Shown piece by piece: positions 19,751 through 29,624 of a stretch of 64,000 nt of DNA; the stretch's first letter is position 1; every line of letters begins with the position of its first letter. A program made the position numbers and the translations under genes. This stretch comes from Desulfatiglandales bacterium (GTDB lineage: Bacteria; Desulfobacterota; DSM-4660; Desulfatiglandales; HGW-15): the NCBI GenBank assembly GCA_963667015.2, contig CAXXJJ010000004.1:2336001-2400000 (forward strand), given 5' to 3'. Below the pieces are notes generated by a model, which saw nothing but the letters and a program-made list of their open reading frames with translations, was not told where the DNA came from and did no database searches.

Positions 19751-21571
19751 ATGCTTGATATGACAAATAACTTTCAAAATCCGGCCAGAACAAAATTCAG
19801 GCCGTTATTCTGGATAATGGCAGGATGTATACTTATCCTCCTGCCTATCTTCATTTTCTGGACCACAGATAATATTAAAAGGCAAAATCGCGCTATCGAA
19901 CAACTCCTCACTGATAAAGGACAAGGTTTTATTTATACACTGGAAGAATATGTCAGGAGGAGCATGATGATGAGGTCAACAGAATTTCAGTTTCCGGGCC
20001 AAGGCTGGAATGAGCAGGGATACAATCAGGATCCTTTACAGCCGTTAGTTACCTTTTTTGCCAGATTTCCGGATATATCTTATATAATATTAACCGACCT
20101 CGATGGTAACATTACAAATCATAATGAGACAGATCAGATTGGAAAAAATTATGGTGATAATATTGACTATCCTTCATTAATCCATTTCGGCGGACCGCAT
20201 AAACGGGAAACAGAAAGCAGGGATGGAAAAAAGATATTTGAAGTGTACAGGGTATTTTTACCAAAATTATCACCAGGACTATCACAAACACAAGGCAGCC
20301 AGAGAAATCTTCAGAACAGAAATACAAGATTCCAGAGCCAGAGATTTCCAGGCATCCCCGAGGAAGGAAGCCGCATTATTTTTATAGGCCTCGACATGAC
20401 AAATATTGAGGCCCGAAGCAAAGAAGACAGCAGGGAAGTTTTCAAGAGAGGTTTTTACCTGCTTTTAATAGGGTTTGCCGGTATCTCACTGCTGATTCTC
20501 GTTCAGGCCTACAGGACTGCGCAGTCATCACTGTCCAGGATAAAGGCCCTTTCTGATAACATTGTCGATAACATGCCTATCGGGCTTATTGTACTCGATA
20601 CCAAATCCGCTATTGCCTCATTCAACAATTCAGCCGAAACACTGCTTCATATTCCAAGTGTAAAAATAATTGGAAAATCGGTAGAAGAAAAACTGCCTGA
20701 TCAGCTTATAGAGCTTATAAACGAGTTGCGGAAGAATAAAAAGAATATAGTTAAAGAAATCGAGATAGATCTTGGCGAACATGGGAAGGTATATCTGGAT
20801 ATAAACATGTCAATCCTGGAGGACAGTTCCGGACTACTGCTGGGATATATAATCCTTTTCCGTGATTTATCCGAGGTTCAGGAACTTAAAAAGGAAGTGG
20901 AAAGAAGCACAAGGCTTGCATCAATAGGAAGGCTTGCAGCAGGAGTAGCCCATGAAATCAGAAATCCTTTAAGCTCAATAAAGGGTTTCGCCACCTACTT
21001 TGGCGAAAGATACAAGGATATACCCGAGGATAAAGACACTGCCCAGATAATGGTAAATGAGGTTGAAAGGTTGAACCGTGTAATCAGCCAGCTTCTTGAA
21101 TTTGCACGTCCTGTTAATATTAACAGGAAAACTGTCGACATCAAAACTATCATTAACCATTCGGTAAAAATGATAGAAAGAAATGCCCATGAAAAAGATA
21201 TCAGGGTACATGTTGAGGTTCCATCAGGCATCCCCCATATTGCAGTTGACTCTGACCGCATAAATCAGGTGTTTTTAAATCTTTTTTTAAACAGCATTGA
21301 GGCAATGGATTCAGGAGGGGAGCTATCGATTTCAGTCAATTACGACTCTACCGCTGAAATGATGAAAATAAAAGTAAGTGATACGGGCAAAGGGATCTCT
21401 CCCAGTGATATCGGCAATGTTTTTGATCCCTACTTTACGACAAAACAGTCAGGCACAGGACTTGGTCTTGCGATTGTTCACCGGATAATTGAATCTCATG
21501 ACGGAGAAATAAAGGTAGAGAGCAATCAAGGGAAAGGGACTGACGCCACTATTATACTTCCCCTGGATTAA
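19751..21571 (+). CDS. Membrane sensor histidine kinase, ZraS/AtoS-like (TM-periplasmic-TM-PAS-HK)
   Basis: Two TM helices, PAS, LAAGVAHEIRNPL, NLFLNS, DTGKG, GTGLGL; true start probably downstream of 19751. Confidence 0.92.
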   Translation: MLDMTNNFQNPARTKFRPLFWIMAGCILILLPIFIFWTTDNIKRQNRAIEQLLTDKGQGFIYTLEEYVRRSMMMRSTEFQFPGQGWNEQGYNQDPLQPLVTFFARFPDISYIILTDLDGNITNHNETDQIGKNYGDNIDYPSLIHFGGPHKRETESRDGKKIFEVYRVFLPKLSPGLSQTQGSQRNLQNRNTRFQSQRFPGIPEEGSRIIFIGLDMTNIEARSKEDSREVFKRGFYLLLIGFAGISLLILVQAYRTAQSSLSRIKALSDNIVDNMPIGLIVLDTKSAIASFNNSAETLLHIPSVKIIGKSVEEKLPDQLIELINELRKNKKNIVKEIEIDLGEHGKVYLDINMSILEDSSGLLLGYIILFRDLSEVQELKKEVERSTRLASIGRLAAGVAHEIRNPLSSIKGFATYFGERYKDIPEDKDTAQIMVNEVERLNRVISQLLEFARPVNINRKTVDIKTIINHSVKMIERNAHEKDIRVHVEVPSGIPHIAVDSDRINQVFLNLFLNSIEAMDSGGELSISVNYDSTAEMMKIKVSDTGKGISPSDIGNVFDPYFTTKQSGTGLGLAIVHRIIESHDGEIKVESNQGKGTDATIILPLD

Positions 21572-21616
21572 ATGAATAATTCAGACAGGACGACAGATTA
21601 AAATCAGGAAATCCAA

Positions 21617-22987
21617 ATGAACAGCGATAAAAAATATTCAATCCTTGTTGTCGATGATGATACTGCACATCGCACAATGTTGAAAACCCTTACTTCAGGC
21701 TGGGGATACCTTATAGAAGAAGCTGATGACGGTTCGACAGCCATAGCAAAGGTGGAAGAAAGGGCATATGATCTGATACTTATGGATGTTCGAATGGTAC
21801 AGGTCTCCGGTATCGAGGCTCTCAAGGAAATAAAAATAATTAACCCTGCCATACCGATTATTATCATGACCGCCTATTCATCTGTTGAGACTGCGGTTGA
21901 TGCACTTAAGAGCGGAGCATATGATTATCTCACAAAACCCCTTGATTTTGATGAGCTCAAGATTGCAATAGCAAGAGCGATGGATCATACCGGTTTAAAA
22001 GAAGAGAACCGAATGTTAAGGGAAAGTATCGGGAGTCATTTTGACAGGAGAAATATAATCGGCAGAAGTCCTGTTATGGTAAAACTGCTTGAAACCGTGG
22101 CACAGGTATCTCCATCGGAGGCTACAATATTGATTTCGGGAGATTCAGGCACAGGGAAGGAGATGATTGCCGGCGCGATCCATTATAACAGCTCCAGAAA
22201 GGATGCGCCCTTTATAAAGATCAATTGTGCGGCCATTACCGAAACCCTTCTTGAATCGGAACTCTTCGGGCATGAAAAAGGGGCCTTTACAGGTGCCAGC
22301 AGGAAAAAAGAAGGCAAGTTCAGACTTGCACACGGGGGAAGTATCTTCCTCGATGAAATAGGTGAAATGCCCATGTCCATGCAGGTTAAGCTTTTAAGGG
22401 TATTGCAGGAGAGAGAAATAACCAGGGTTGGCGGTGAAGAGGTAATAAAGGTTGATGTACGTGTTATAGCCGCATCAAACAGGGATCTGTTAAAAGATAT
22501 AGAACAGAACAGGTTCAGGGAAGACCTTTATTACAGGCTTAATGTTGTAGAACTGAGGATGCCGCTCCTAAAGGACAGGAAAGAAGACATCCCCCTTCTT
22601 GCACAGCATTATCTGGAGATGTTCTCTGAAAAAAACCGAAAACAGGCCAGGGGGTTTACACCGCGTGCAATGGACGCACTTCTCAAATATGAATGGCCCG
22701 GTAATGTAAGAGAACTGATGAATGCGATTGAAAGATGTGTAGTCCTTTCCACAGAGGATTATATTGATCAGAATGACCTTCCGTTTATCTTCAAAAACGA
22801 TGAGGATATTGCAAATGATTCATTACCTATTATCACCGGAGATGTTCCCCTTGAAGAAGTAGAAAAGGCGACCATCTTAAACACCCTTGAATCCACAAAT
22901 GGGAATAAGAGTGAGGCCGCCAGAAGGCTGGGAATCACACGCAAGACACTTCATAAAAAATTGAAAAAATATGGCGTTATGCCCTGA
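21617..22987 (+). CDS. sigma54-dependent response regulator (ZraR/NtrC family)
   Basis: REC, GDSGTGKE, ESELFGHEKGAFTGA, FLDEIGE, WPGNVREL, Fis-type HTH. Confidence 0.95.
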   Translation: MNSDKKYSILVVDDDTAHRTMLKTLTSGWGYLIEEADDGSTAIAKVEERAYDLILMDVRMVQVSGIEALKEIKIINPAIPIIIMTAYSSVETAVDALKSGAYDYLTKPLDFDELKIAIARAMDHTGLKEENRMLRESIGSHFDRRNIIGRSPVMVKLLETVAQVSPSEATILISGDSGTGKEMIAGAIHYNSSRKDAPFIKINCAAITETLLESELFGHEKGAFTGASRKKEGKFRLAHGGSIFLDEIGEMPMSMQVKLLRVLQEREITRVGGEEVIKVDVRVIAASNRDLLKDIEQNRFREDLYYRLNVVELRMPLLKDRKEDIPLLAQHYLEMFSEKNRKQARGFTPRAMDALLKYEWPGNVRELMNAIERCVVLSTEDYIDQNDLPFIFKNDEDIANDSLPIITGDVPLEEVEKATILNTLESTNGNKSEAARRLGITRKTLHKKLKKYGVMP

Positions 22988-23558
22988 TATTCTGAAAAAA
23001 GGGGTTAAATCTTCTTTCCTGCCCTATAATTGAAGCTGGTCCATGGCCCGGATATACCCTTAAATCATCACCAAGGGGAAATATTTTATTAATAACACCC
23101 TGGATCAGGCTGTTATAATCACCTCCCGGAAAGTCAGTGCGTCCTATAGAACCTGCAAAAAGGGTATCTCCTGTGAATACAGCGCCGGGGGCACAAAGGC
23201 ATACTCCTCCGGGTGAATGTCCGGGAGTATGAAGAACCGATATCTTATATTCCCCGATATTAAATTCCTGACCGTCTTCAAGATACCCGTCAGGAGTAAA
23301 ACCCAGTGAAGAGGCATCCCCGGCATGAATAAAAACAGGGGCCTTCGTATTATCCCGGAGTTCAACCGCTCCGTCTGTATGATCAAAATGCCCGTGGGTA
23401 AGTATAATCTTTGTGATCCTGAGCCCCGCCTTTGTAATCTCTTTCACTATGCTTGATGCATCTCCGCCAGGATCAATAACCATTCCTTCTTTACTGTTAT
23501 TGCAGCCAAGAATATAACAGTTTGCCTGTAACTGGCCTACAGCCATTTTTTTTAACAC
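22977..23558 (-). CDS. MBL-fold hydrolase (glyoxalase II-like, YcbL type)
   Basis: LTHGHFDH, HTPGHSPG, FTGDTLF..SIGRTD, YPGHG; GTG start with GGAGG RBS. Confidence 0.92.
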   Translation of the reverse strand: MLKKMAVGQLQANCYILGCNNSKEGMVIDPGGDASSIVKEITKAGLRITKIILTHGHFDHTDGAVELRDNTKAPVFIHAGDASSLGFTPDGYLEDGQEFNIGEYKISVLHTPGHSPGGVCLCAPGAVFTGDTLFAGSIGRTDFPGGDYNSLIQGVINKIFPLGDDLRVYPGHGPASIIGQERRFNPFFQNIRA

Positions 23559-23715
23559 TGTGCAACCTCCGATATTTTTTTATGGTAGTAGAAAAAAATA
23601 ACGATTTATCATATTAAGTCAAGAGCCTGTTAAACTGCGATTGATAGATAAACCTATCTGTGTTAGATATTACCTTTAATAAATTATTAATATACTTCAA
23701 ATGCGGGGTTTTTAT

Positions 23716-23994
23716 ATGGAAAAGGAACTGCTTTTTATTACCGTAATTGGTGGTGACAAAAAGGGAATCGTCGCCAAGATATCAAATCTGTTATATGAGT
23801 GCGATATCAACATAGAGGATATCAGCCAGAAGATAATGGATACATACTTTGTAATGACAATGCTGGTGGACATGAAGGAAGCAAAACACAGTCTGGAGAA
23901 GGTAAGAGAAGAACTGGAAAAAATCGGTGAAGAGCTCAAACTGAAGGTCCAGATTCAGCATGAAAATATCTTTAAAATGATGCACAGGATTTAA
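23716..23994 (+). CDS. ACT-domain protein (UPF0237)
   Basis: ITVIGGDKKGIVAKIS..NIEDISQ..QHENIFKMMHRI; conserved pairing with DUF711. Confidence 0.9.
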   Translation: MEKELLFITVIGGDKKGIVAKISNLLYECDINIEDISQKIMDTYFVMTMLVDMKEAKHSLEKVREELEKIGEELKLKVQIQHENIFKMMHRI

Positions 23995-23997
23995 AAA

Positions 23998-25356
23998 ATG
24001 CCGATATCAGTTGAAGAAGTCTTCGAAACCGCAAGCATGATCCTGTATCAGAATCTTGATATCAGGACCACAACAATGGGGATCAACCTTAAGGACTGCA
24101 TTGACAATGATTTTAACCGGTTTACCGAAAAGGTTTATGAAAAAATCAGTTCAAATGCAACCAGACTGGTTAAACAGGCAAAGGCCCTGGAGATAAAATA
24201 TGGCGTTCCTATTGTAAATAAAAGAATATCTATTACCCCGGTCAGCCTGATCATGGAAACCCATTGTGAAAAAGAAAAGTTTATTAAAATGGCAAAGACA
24301 ATGGACAGGGCCGTTGAAGAGGCAGGGATTGATTTTATCGGGGGCTTTGGTGCAATTGTACATAAAGGACTCACTCCATCGGACAGGATGCTTATTGAAT
24401 CCCTCCCGGATGTATTTGCCGAAACAGCAAGGGTCTGCTCATTCCTGAATGTAGGTACAAACACAGCAGGGCTGAACCTGGATGCCATCAACCTGGTCGG
24501 CCCCATGCTCAAGGAAACGGCAGAAAAAACAAAGGATGCCATTGGCTGTGCCAAGTTCGTGGTCTTTGCAAATGCACCTGAAGATAACCCCTTTATGGCC
24601 GGGGCATTCCATGGAATAGGAGAACCTGATATTACGCTTAATATCGGTATCAGCGGACCGGGAGTTGTAAACAGCGTGGTCGAGAAAAACCGGGACTGTA
24701 ATCTTACGCAGTTATCTGAGATTATAAAAAGGACTGTTTTCAAAATAACCAGGGGCGGTGAGCTGATCGGCCGGGAACTGGCCGAAAACCTTGGTATCCC
24801 CTTCGGAATAGTGGACATATCTCTCGCCCCGACTACAGCAGCCGGAGATTCGGTGGCAAATATTATCGAGGCATTCGGGATTGAATCAGTTGGAGCCCAC
24901 GGATCAACACTTGCCGTAGCACTGCTCATGGATGCAGTCAAAAAAGGCGGCGCCATGGCAAGCGGCAATGTAGGAGGCCTCAGCGGAACATTTATACCAA
25001 TCAGCGAAGATACAGGAATGATCAATGCGGTTAAAAAAGGGCTCCTCAGCCTCGACAAACTTGAAGCACTGACATCCGTATGCTCGGTTGGACTGGATAT
25101 GTTTGCCATCCCCGGGGATACCCCTGCCAGTACAATAAATGCGATTATCGCAGATGAACTGGCCATAGGTGTAATAAACAATAAGACAACTGCTGTAAGG
25201 GTAATACCTGTGCCAGGCATGAAGGCTGGCGAATCTGTGGACTTTGGCGGACTCCTTGGTGAAGCTCCCATCATGAAGGTAAATAAAGGTTCTGCAGCAG
25301 CATTTTTAAAAAGAGGGGGAAGAATGCCTGCTCCTGTTACAAGTATGAGGAATTAA
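23998..25356 (+). CDS. PFL-family / DUF711 (UPF0210) protein
   Basis: [56 protein letters not shown]. Confidence 0.93.
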   Translation: MPISVEEVFETASMILYQNLDIRTTTMGINLKDCIDNDFNRFTEKVYEKISSNATRLVKQAKALEIKYGVPIVNKRISITPVSLIMETHCEKEKFIKMAKTMDRAVEEAGIDFIGGFGAIVHKGLTPSDRMLIESLPDVFAETARVCSFLNVGTNTAGLNLDAINLVGPMLKETAEKTKDAIGCAKFVVFANAPEDNPFMAGAFHGIGEPDITLNIGISGPGVVNSVVEKNRDCNLTQLSEIIKRTVFKITRGGELIGRELAENLGIPFGIVDISLAPTTAAGDSVANIIEAFGIESVGAHGSTLAVALLMDAVKKGGAMASGNVGGLSGTFIPISEDTGMINAVKKGLLSLDKLEALTSVCSVGLDMFAIPGDTPASTINAIIADELAIGVINNKTTAVRVIPVPGMKAGESVDFGGLLGEAPIMKVNKGSAAAFLKRGGRMPAPVTSMRN

Positions 25357-25381
25357 TTCTATCAATCAGGAGATACCGCAG

Positions 25382-26638
25382 GTGTCAATAAAGCCAACCT
25401 ATGAAGAATTATTAAAAAAGCTCGAAAATCTTGAAGCAGAAAATGAAAGATTAAAAGATAATTTGAAACAGTCCCAAAAAATGGAGGTAATAGGCGCCCT
25501 CGCCAGCAATGTAGCCCACGATCTGAATAATATCCTGTCCGGCATAGTCAGTTATCCCGAACTTATCTTAATGGATCTGCCAGAAGGCAGTCCTCTGAAA
25601 AAACCTGTCAACACTATAAAACAATCCGGTGAGAGAGCTGCCCTTATTGTCCAGGATCTACTTACCCTGTTGCGAAGAGGGGCACCTGTAACCCAGATAC
25701 TGAATTTGAATGATATAATCACCGAATTGAAGGGCAGTCCTGAATTCCGTAATATTAAATTTAATCATCCGGGGATTAAAATAGTATTTGAACTTGAAAT
25801 GCCACTGCAAAATATAAAGGGTTCATCAAACCATATATCAAAATCAGTCATAAATCTTATCTCCAATGCTGCAGAATCAATTGAAGGCATGGGAAAAATC
25901 ACGGTATCCACCGGCAGCAGATACATGGATACCCCCGAAAAGGGTTATAAACGGATAATCGAAAAAGGGCAGTATGTTACAATCACTGTCGATGATACAG
26001 GTGCAGGTATTTCCGAGACTGATCTGCCCAGAATATTCGAGCCTTTTTATACAAAAAAAGTAATGGGAAGAAGCGGTACTGGTCTGGAGATGCCGGTTAT
26101 ATGGGGAACAGTTCAGGATCATAAAGGTTTTATTGACATCAACACCACTGAAGGCAGGGGCACAACCTTTACCCTTTACTTTCCTGTAACAGAGGCGAAG
26201 CAAAAAGAAAAAATATCCCGAGACATAAATGAATACAACGGAAATGGCGAATCTATACTTGTTGTTGATGATGTTTTTGAACAGCGTGAGATAGCCTGTG
26301 TTATCCTTGAAAAACTGGGGTACTCCCCATCATCTGTTTCCAGCGGTGAAGAGGCAGTCGATTATCTCCATAGCAACCATGCTGACCTGGTTGTGATGGA
26401 TATGGTAATGGATCCGGGAATGGATGGTCTTGAAACCTGTAAAAAAATTGCAGAGTTTAAACCGGAGCAAAAAATAATAATCGCAAGCGGATACTCTGAG
26501 ACAGAAAAAATCAAGGATCTTCAGAACCTTATTGGTGATACCTATGTGAAAAAGCCATACACAGTGAAAGAAATAGGAAAGGCGATTAAAAAAGAGCTGC
26601 AAAAAAACAACATATTAACCTCTCTCCAGTTATTTTAA
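25382..26638 (+). CDS. Sensor-less hybrid histidine kinase (coiled coil-HisKA-HATPase-REC)
   Basis: KPTYEEL leader joined directly to LASNVAHDLNN; NLISNA, DTGAG, PFYTKK, GTGLEM; REC with VDD/MDM/KP. Confidence 0.88.
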   Translation: MSIKPTYEELLKKLENLEAENERLKDNLKQSQKMEVIGALASNVAHDLNNILSGIVSYPELILMDLPEGSPLKKPVNTIKQSGERAALIVQDLLTLLRRGAPVTQILNLNDIITELKGSPEFRNIKFNHPGIKIVFELEMPLQNIKGSSNHISKSVINLISNAAESIEGMGKITVSTGSRYMDTPEKGYKRIIEKGQYVTITVDDTGAGISETDLPRIFEPFYTKKVMGRSGTGLEMPVIWGTVQDHKGFIDINTTEGRGTTFTLYFPVTEAKQKEKISRDINEYNGNGESILVVDDVFEQREIACVILEKLGYSPSSVSSGEEAVDYLHSNHADLVVMDMVMDPGMDGLETCKKIAEFKPEQKIIIASGYSETEKIKDLQNLIGDTYVKKPYTVKEIGKAIKKELQKNNILTSLQLF

Positions 26639-26663
26639 AAACTCTCCATATATAAAAATTACT

Positions 26664-26690
26664 TCAGGTTTTAGTAACTTATGCCGATTA
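26664..26690 (+). promoter_or_regulatory. sigma28 (FliA)-like promoter
   Basis: TCAGGTTT-N11-GCCGATTA versus consensus TAAAGTTT-N11-GCCGATAA; 50 nt upstream of ATG 26741. Confidence 0.6.
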
Positions 26691-26740
26691 TTGTATATAA
26701 ATATCAACTATTCAATTGGGTTTCCAGGGTAGGGTCCTGA

Positions 26741-27943
26741 ATGAACGAAAGACTAAAAAATACACCAACTGACATTATTTCGCCTCCGCATGAATTTGAT
26801 GTCGATAAATTCAGGGCTTTTATTCTTCAAAGCGAAGAATGGCTGATGGATCAAATTCTTTTCTATGCCAAGCGGCAGGACTATTCAAGATACACATCAA
26901 CACTCAAGGAGGCATGGAGACTTTCTATCTCAGGGCTTTCAAATGCCCTGCTTTCATCAATAACAGAGGATTCCAGAAATCTGGAACTTTACCCTGATGA
27001 AGACTATACCATTGACCCTGCAGCATCCTTCGGCGTCCTTGAGGCAAAACGTCACCGTGCACGGGGTATTAACCTGTCCATGTTTCTGGGTCTTATGAAA
27101 TATTACAGGCAGTCATATCTTGATCTTATTAATAATAGCGAATCACCGGGGCCATATAAAGCGGCATGCAAATTAAGGGTTGAAAGATTCTTTGACAGGA
27201 TTGAACTGGGTTTCTGCAGTGAATGGTGTACACAGACTGAAAACAGCAAATTAGAGGAACTTCAGAATAAAAATAGAGAGATCATCAATGAAAAAAACAG
27301 ATATCTGACCATCTTTGAAACTATACATGCCCCTGTCGTCTTGATAAATGATAAAAACAGGGTTGAAAATTATAACCAGGCTTGGGCTGAGCTTTTTGAA
27401 GAGTCTTCTGTTCCCGGTTCAAAATACTATAATGAAGATTCGTCTTTTTTTAAAAAAATTCCATGGTTTGTTGATGTCTTCCCCTATATGGATAACAATA
27501 TTTCTGATTATGTACTGGAGAAGACGCTGGTAACAAAAAAAGGGCCGAAATTTTTTCACATAAAGATTAAAAAAATGGTTGATATCAGTGATAAATACCA
27601 TGGAATGCTTATCATACTGAACGACCTGACCGAACTAAAAAAGGCTGAAAAGGAAAAGCTGCAAAAGGAAAAACTTGAAGGCGCCCTTGAAATGGCGGGC
27701 GCAGTATGTCATGAGATAAACCAGCCCCTGCAGGTTGTGCTGGGACAGACAGAGTTACTTAAAATAGAATCAGAGAAATATCAATCCCTGCAGAAAAACC
27801 TGTCTATTATTGCAACTCAGACAGCAAATATGGCAAAAATCACCCGGCGGCTCATGAATATTACAAAATATGAGACCAAGCCATACTTTTCAAAGACAAT
27901 TATTGACATTGAAAAATCTTCTCGAAAGGAGGACAATCAGTAA
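26741..27943 (+). CDS. Signalling protein: helical (RsbRD_N/globin-like) domain-PAS-H-box, no ATPase domain
   Basis: N-terminal helical domain (EAKRHRARG), PAS (YNQAW..NDLTE), AGAVCHEINQPLQ, ends ITKYETKPY..IIDIEKSS without N/G boxes. Confidence 0.8.
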   Translation: MNERLKNTPTDIISPPHEFDVDKFRAFILQSEEWLMDQILFYAKRQDYSRYTSTLKEAWRLSISGLSNALLSSITEDSRNLELYPDEDYTIDPAASFGVLEAKRHRARGINLSMFLGLMKYYRQSYLDLINNSESPGPYKAACKLRVERFFDRIELGFCSEWCTQTENSKLEELQNKNREIINEKNRYLTIFETIHAPVVLINDKNRVENYNQAWAELFEESSVPGSKYYNEDSSFFKKIPWFVDVFPYMDNNISDYVLEKTLVTKKGPKFFHIKIKKMVDISDKYHGMLIILNDLTELKKAEKEKLQKEKLEGALEMAGAVCHEINQPLQVVLGQTELLKIESEKYQSLQKNLSIIATQTANMAKITRRLMNITKYETKPYFSKTIIDIEKSSRKEDNQ

Positions 27944-28201
27944 ATTTAAATCTCATTACCTGGAAAATACATTAAAATAAATACAGCACATATAATCTCA
28001 ACTAGACTCAATAGGCCATCGCTGTACTGAAATTACTAATCTTTCATATATCAACTGACTCACAATTACAAATCTACAATTCAGGTTCTTTTTATAATCC
28101 ACATGATTCCATTTAAATTGAACGATCTGTATTTGTAATTTTAATAATGACACAAAAAAACGATTCTTCTTTTTAAAAACATTTGCCCAGAGGAACACTT
28201 A

Positions 28202-29392
28202 ATGAAGAAACGATCTGTTTTAATTGTAGATGATGAAATTGGAATTAGAAAATCCATTGAAAGAACTCTCCTTAATGAACCATATCGAAAACTATATGCA
28301 TCCTGTGTGGATGAAGCAAAAAAACTTCTTCTTGAAAATAAAGTTCACTTAATTATCTCAGATATATTAATGCCGGGAACTGATGGCCTTACACTTTTGA
28401 AATGGATCAAAAAAAACAAGCCTGAAATAGTCCGTATAGTATTATCAACAAAATCTGACTCAGCTACTATTATGGAAGCGATTAATAAAGGCAACATATT
28501 CTATTATATCGCTAAACCCTGGGATAATACCGAATTAAAAATCATAATTAAAAAAGGAATTGACTGGTACAATATCCAGGAAGAAAGAAACAAATTAATT
28601 AAAAAATTGGAGGAACATAATCAGACACTGGAACAAAGAGTGACAGAACGCACTAATCAACTCCTCGCAATTACAAATGAGGCTGAAATCGGTAAACACA
28701 CTTCACAGATTGTCCATAATATTAACAATGCTTTAAATAGTTTTTTCGGTTCTCTTGATTTATCTGAAATGGTCTTATCAGAAGAAAAACCTGATATCAG
28801 CAAATTAAATAAATATCATGGGCATTTAAAAAAGAGTGCCAATTCCTTAAGTAAAATATTAGCTGAAATACTTGTGAGATCAAGGGGAAAAGGTATTCTG
28901 CAACCTCAAGAAATTAATGTAAACCGGTTAATAGAAGAAGAAGCCCTTTTTTGGGAAATGATGCCTGAATTCAAATATAAAATAACCAGGAATATTCAAT
29001 TGGACGAATCCATCCCCCCCATTCTGGGGAATCCAATTCAGATTAAGCAGATCCTTGATAATGTAATAAAAAATGCCATCGACGCAATGGAAAAGTCAAT
29101 CGAAAAACAATTAATGATTGAAACAGGGATTAAAGATAAATTTATCTTTATAAAAATTTCCGATAGCGGGGAAGGTGTATCTGAAAGTGATCTGTCCAGA
29201 GTATTTGTACCGGGTTTCACAACCAAGCCGCTTGGAAAAGGTACAGGATTAGGCCTGGCAAGTGTGAAAACAATGGTAGAATCTTACTCTGGTAAGATTG
29301 ATATTCAATCCGATAAAGACAAGGGGACAACAGTAACTATTTGTCTTCCTGTAAATGTAAAATCAGAATATGAGTTCTCCTCTAAATACTAA
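28202..29392 (+). CDS. REC-histidine kinase
   Basis: LIVDDE, ISDILMP, KPW; IVHNINN, NVIKNA, DSGEG, FTTK..GTGLGL. Confidence 0.9.
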   Translation: MKKRSVLIVDDEIGIRKSIERTLLNEPYRKLYASCVDEAKKLLLENKVHLIISDILMPGTDGLTLLKWIKKNKPEIVRIVLSTKSDSATIMEAINKGNIFYYIAKPWDNTELKIIIKKGIDWYNIQEERNKLIKKLEEHNQTLEQRVTERTNQLLAITNEAEIGKHTSQIVHNINNALNSFFGSLDLSEMVLSEEKPDISKLNKYHGHLKKSANSLSKILAEILVRSRGKGILQPQEINVNRLIEEEALFWEMMPEFKYKITRNIQLDESIPPILGNPIQIKQILDNVIKNAIDAMEKSIEKQLMIETGIKDKFIFIKISDSGEGVSESDLSRVFVPGFTTKPLGKGTGLGLASVKTMVESYSGKIDIQSDKDKGTTVTICLPVNVKSEYEFSSKY

Positions 29393-29408
29393 TAAAACTG
29401 AGGTCTTA

Positions 29409-29603
29409 ATGCCCCCTTTTAAAATCTGCCCAAATTGTTCTGAAGTATGGCAAACTCGTGAAAACTTTATTTTAGACCCAAAACTTAAACTGAATGGATA
29501 TAAGGCAGATTTTGAAAAATTGGATAGATGTGATGCTTTTTGTGAATGCGCGTTTGTGAGGGAAATAATTCAAATATTAAAGCAAAAACAATTTAACAAA
29601 TAA
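29409..29603 (+). CDS. Small Cys-rich protein, possibly internally deleted
   Basis: GAGGT RBS then MPPFKICPNC..W..F..DP..GY..F..CDAFCECAFVREIIQ; sits in operon spacing between two kinases. Confidence 0.6.
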   Translation: MPPFKICPNCSEVWQTRENFILDPKLKLNGYKADFEKLDRCDAFCECAFVREIIQILKQKQFNK

Positions 29604-29624
29604 TACCTTATCGATAGGAAAGAT

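Noticed and set aside
24135..25274. 379-aa antisense ORF
   Set aside because: Lies wholly opposite the well-supported DUF711 gene; Pro/Ser/Ala-rich shadow translation with no motifs
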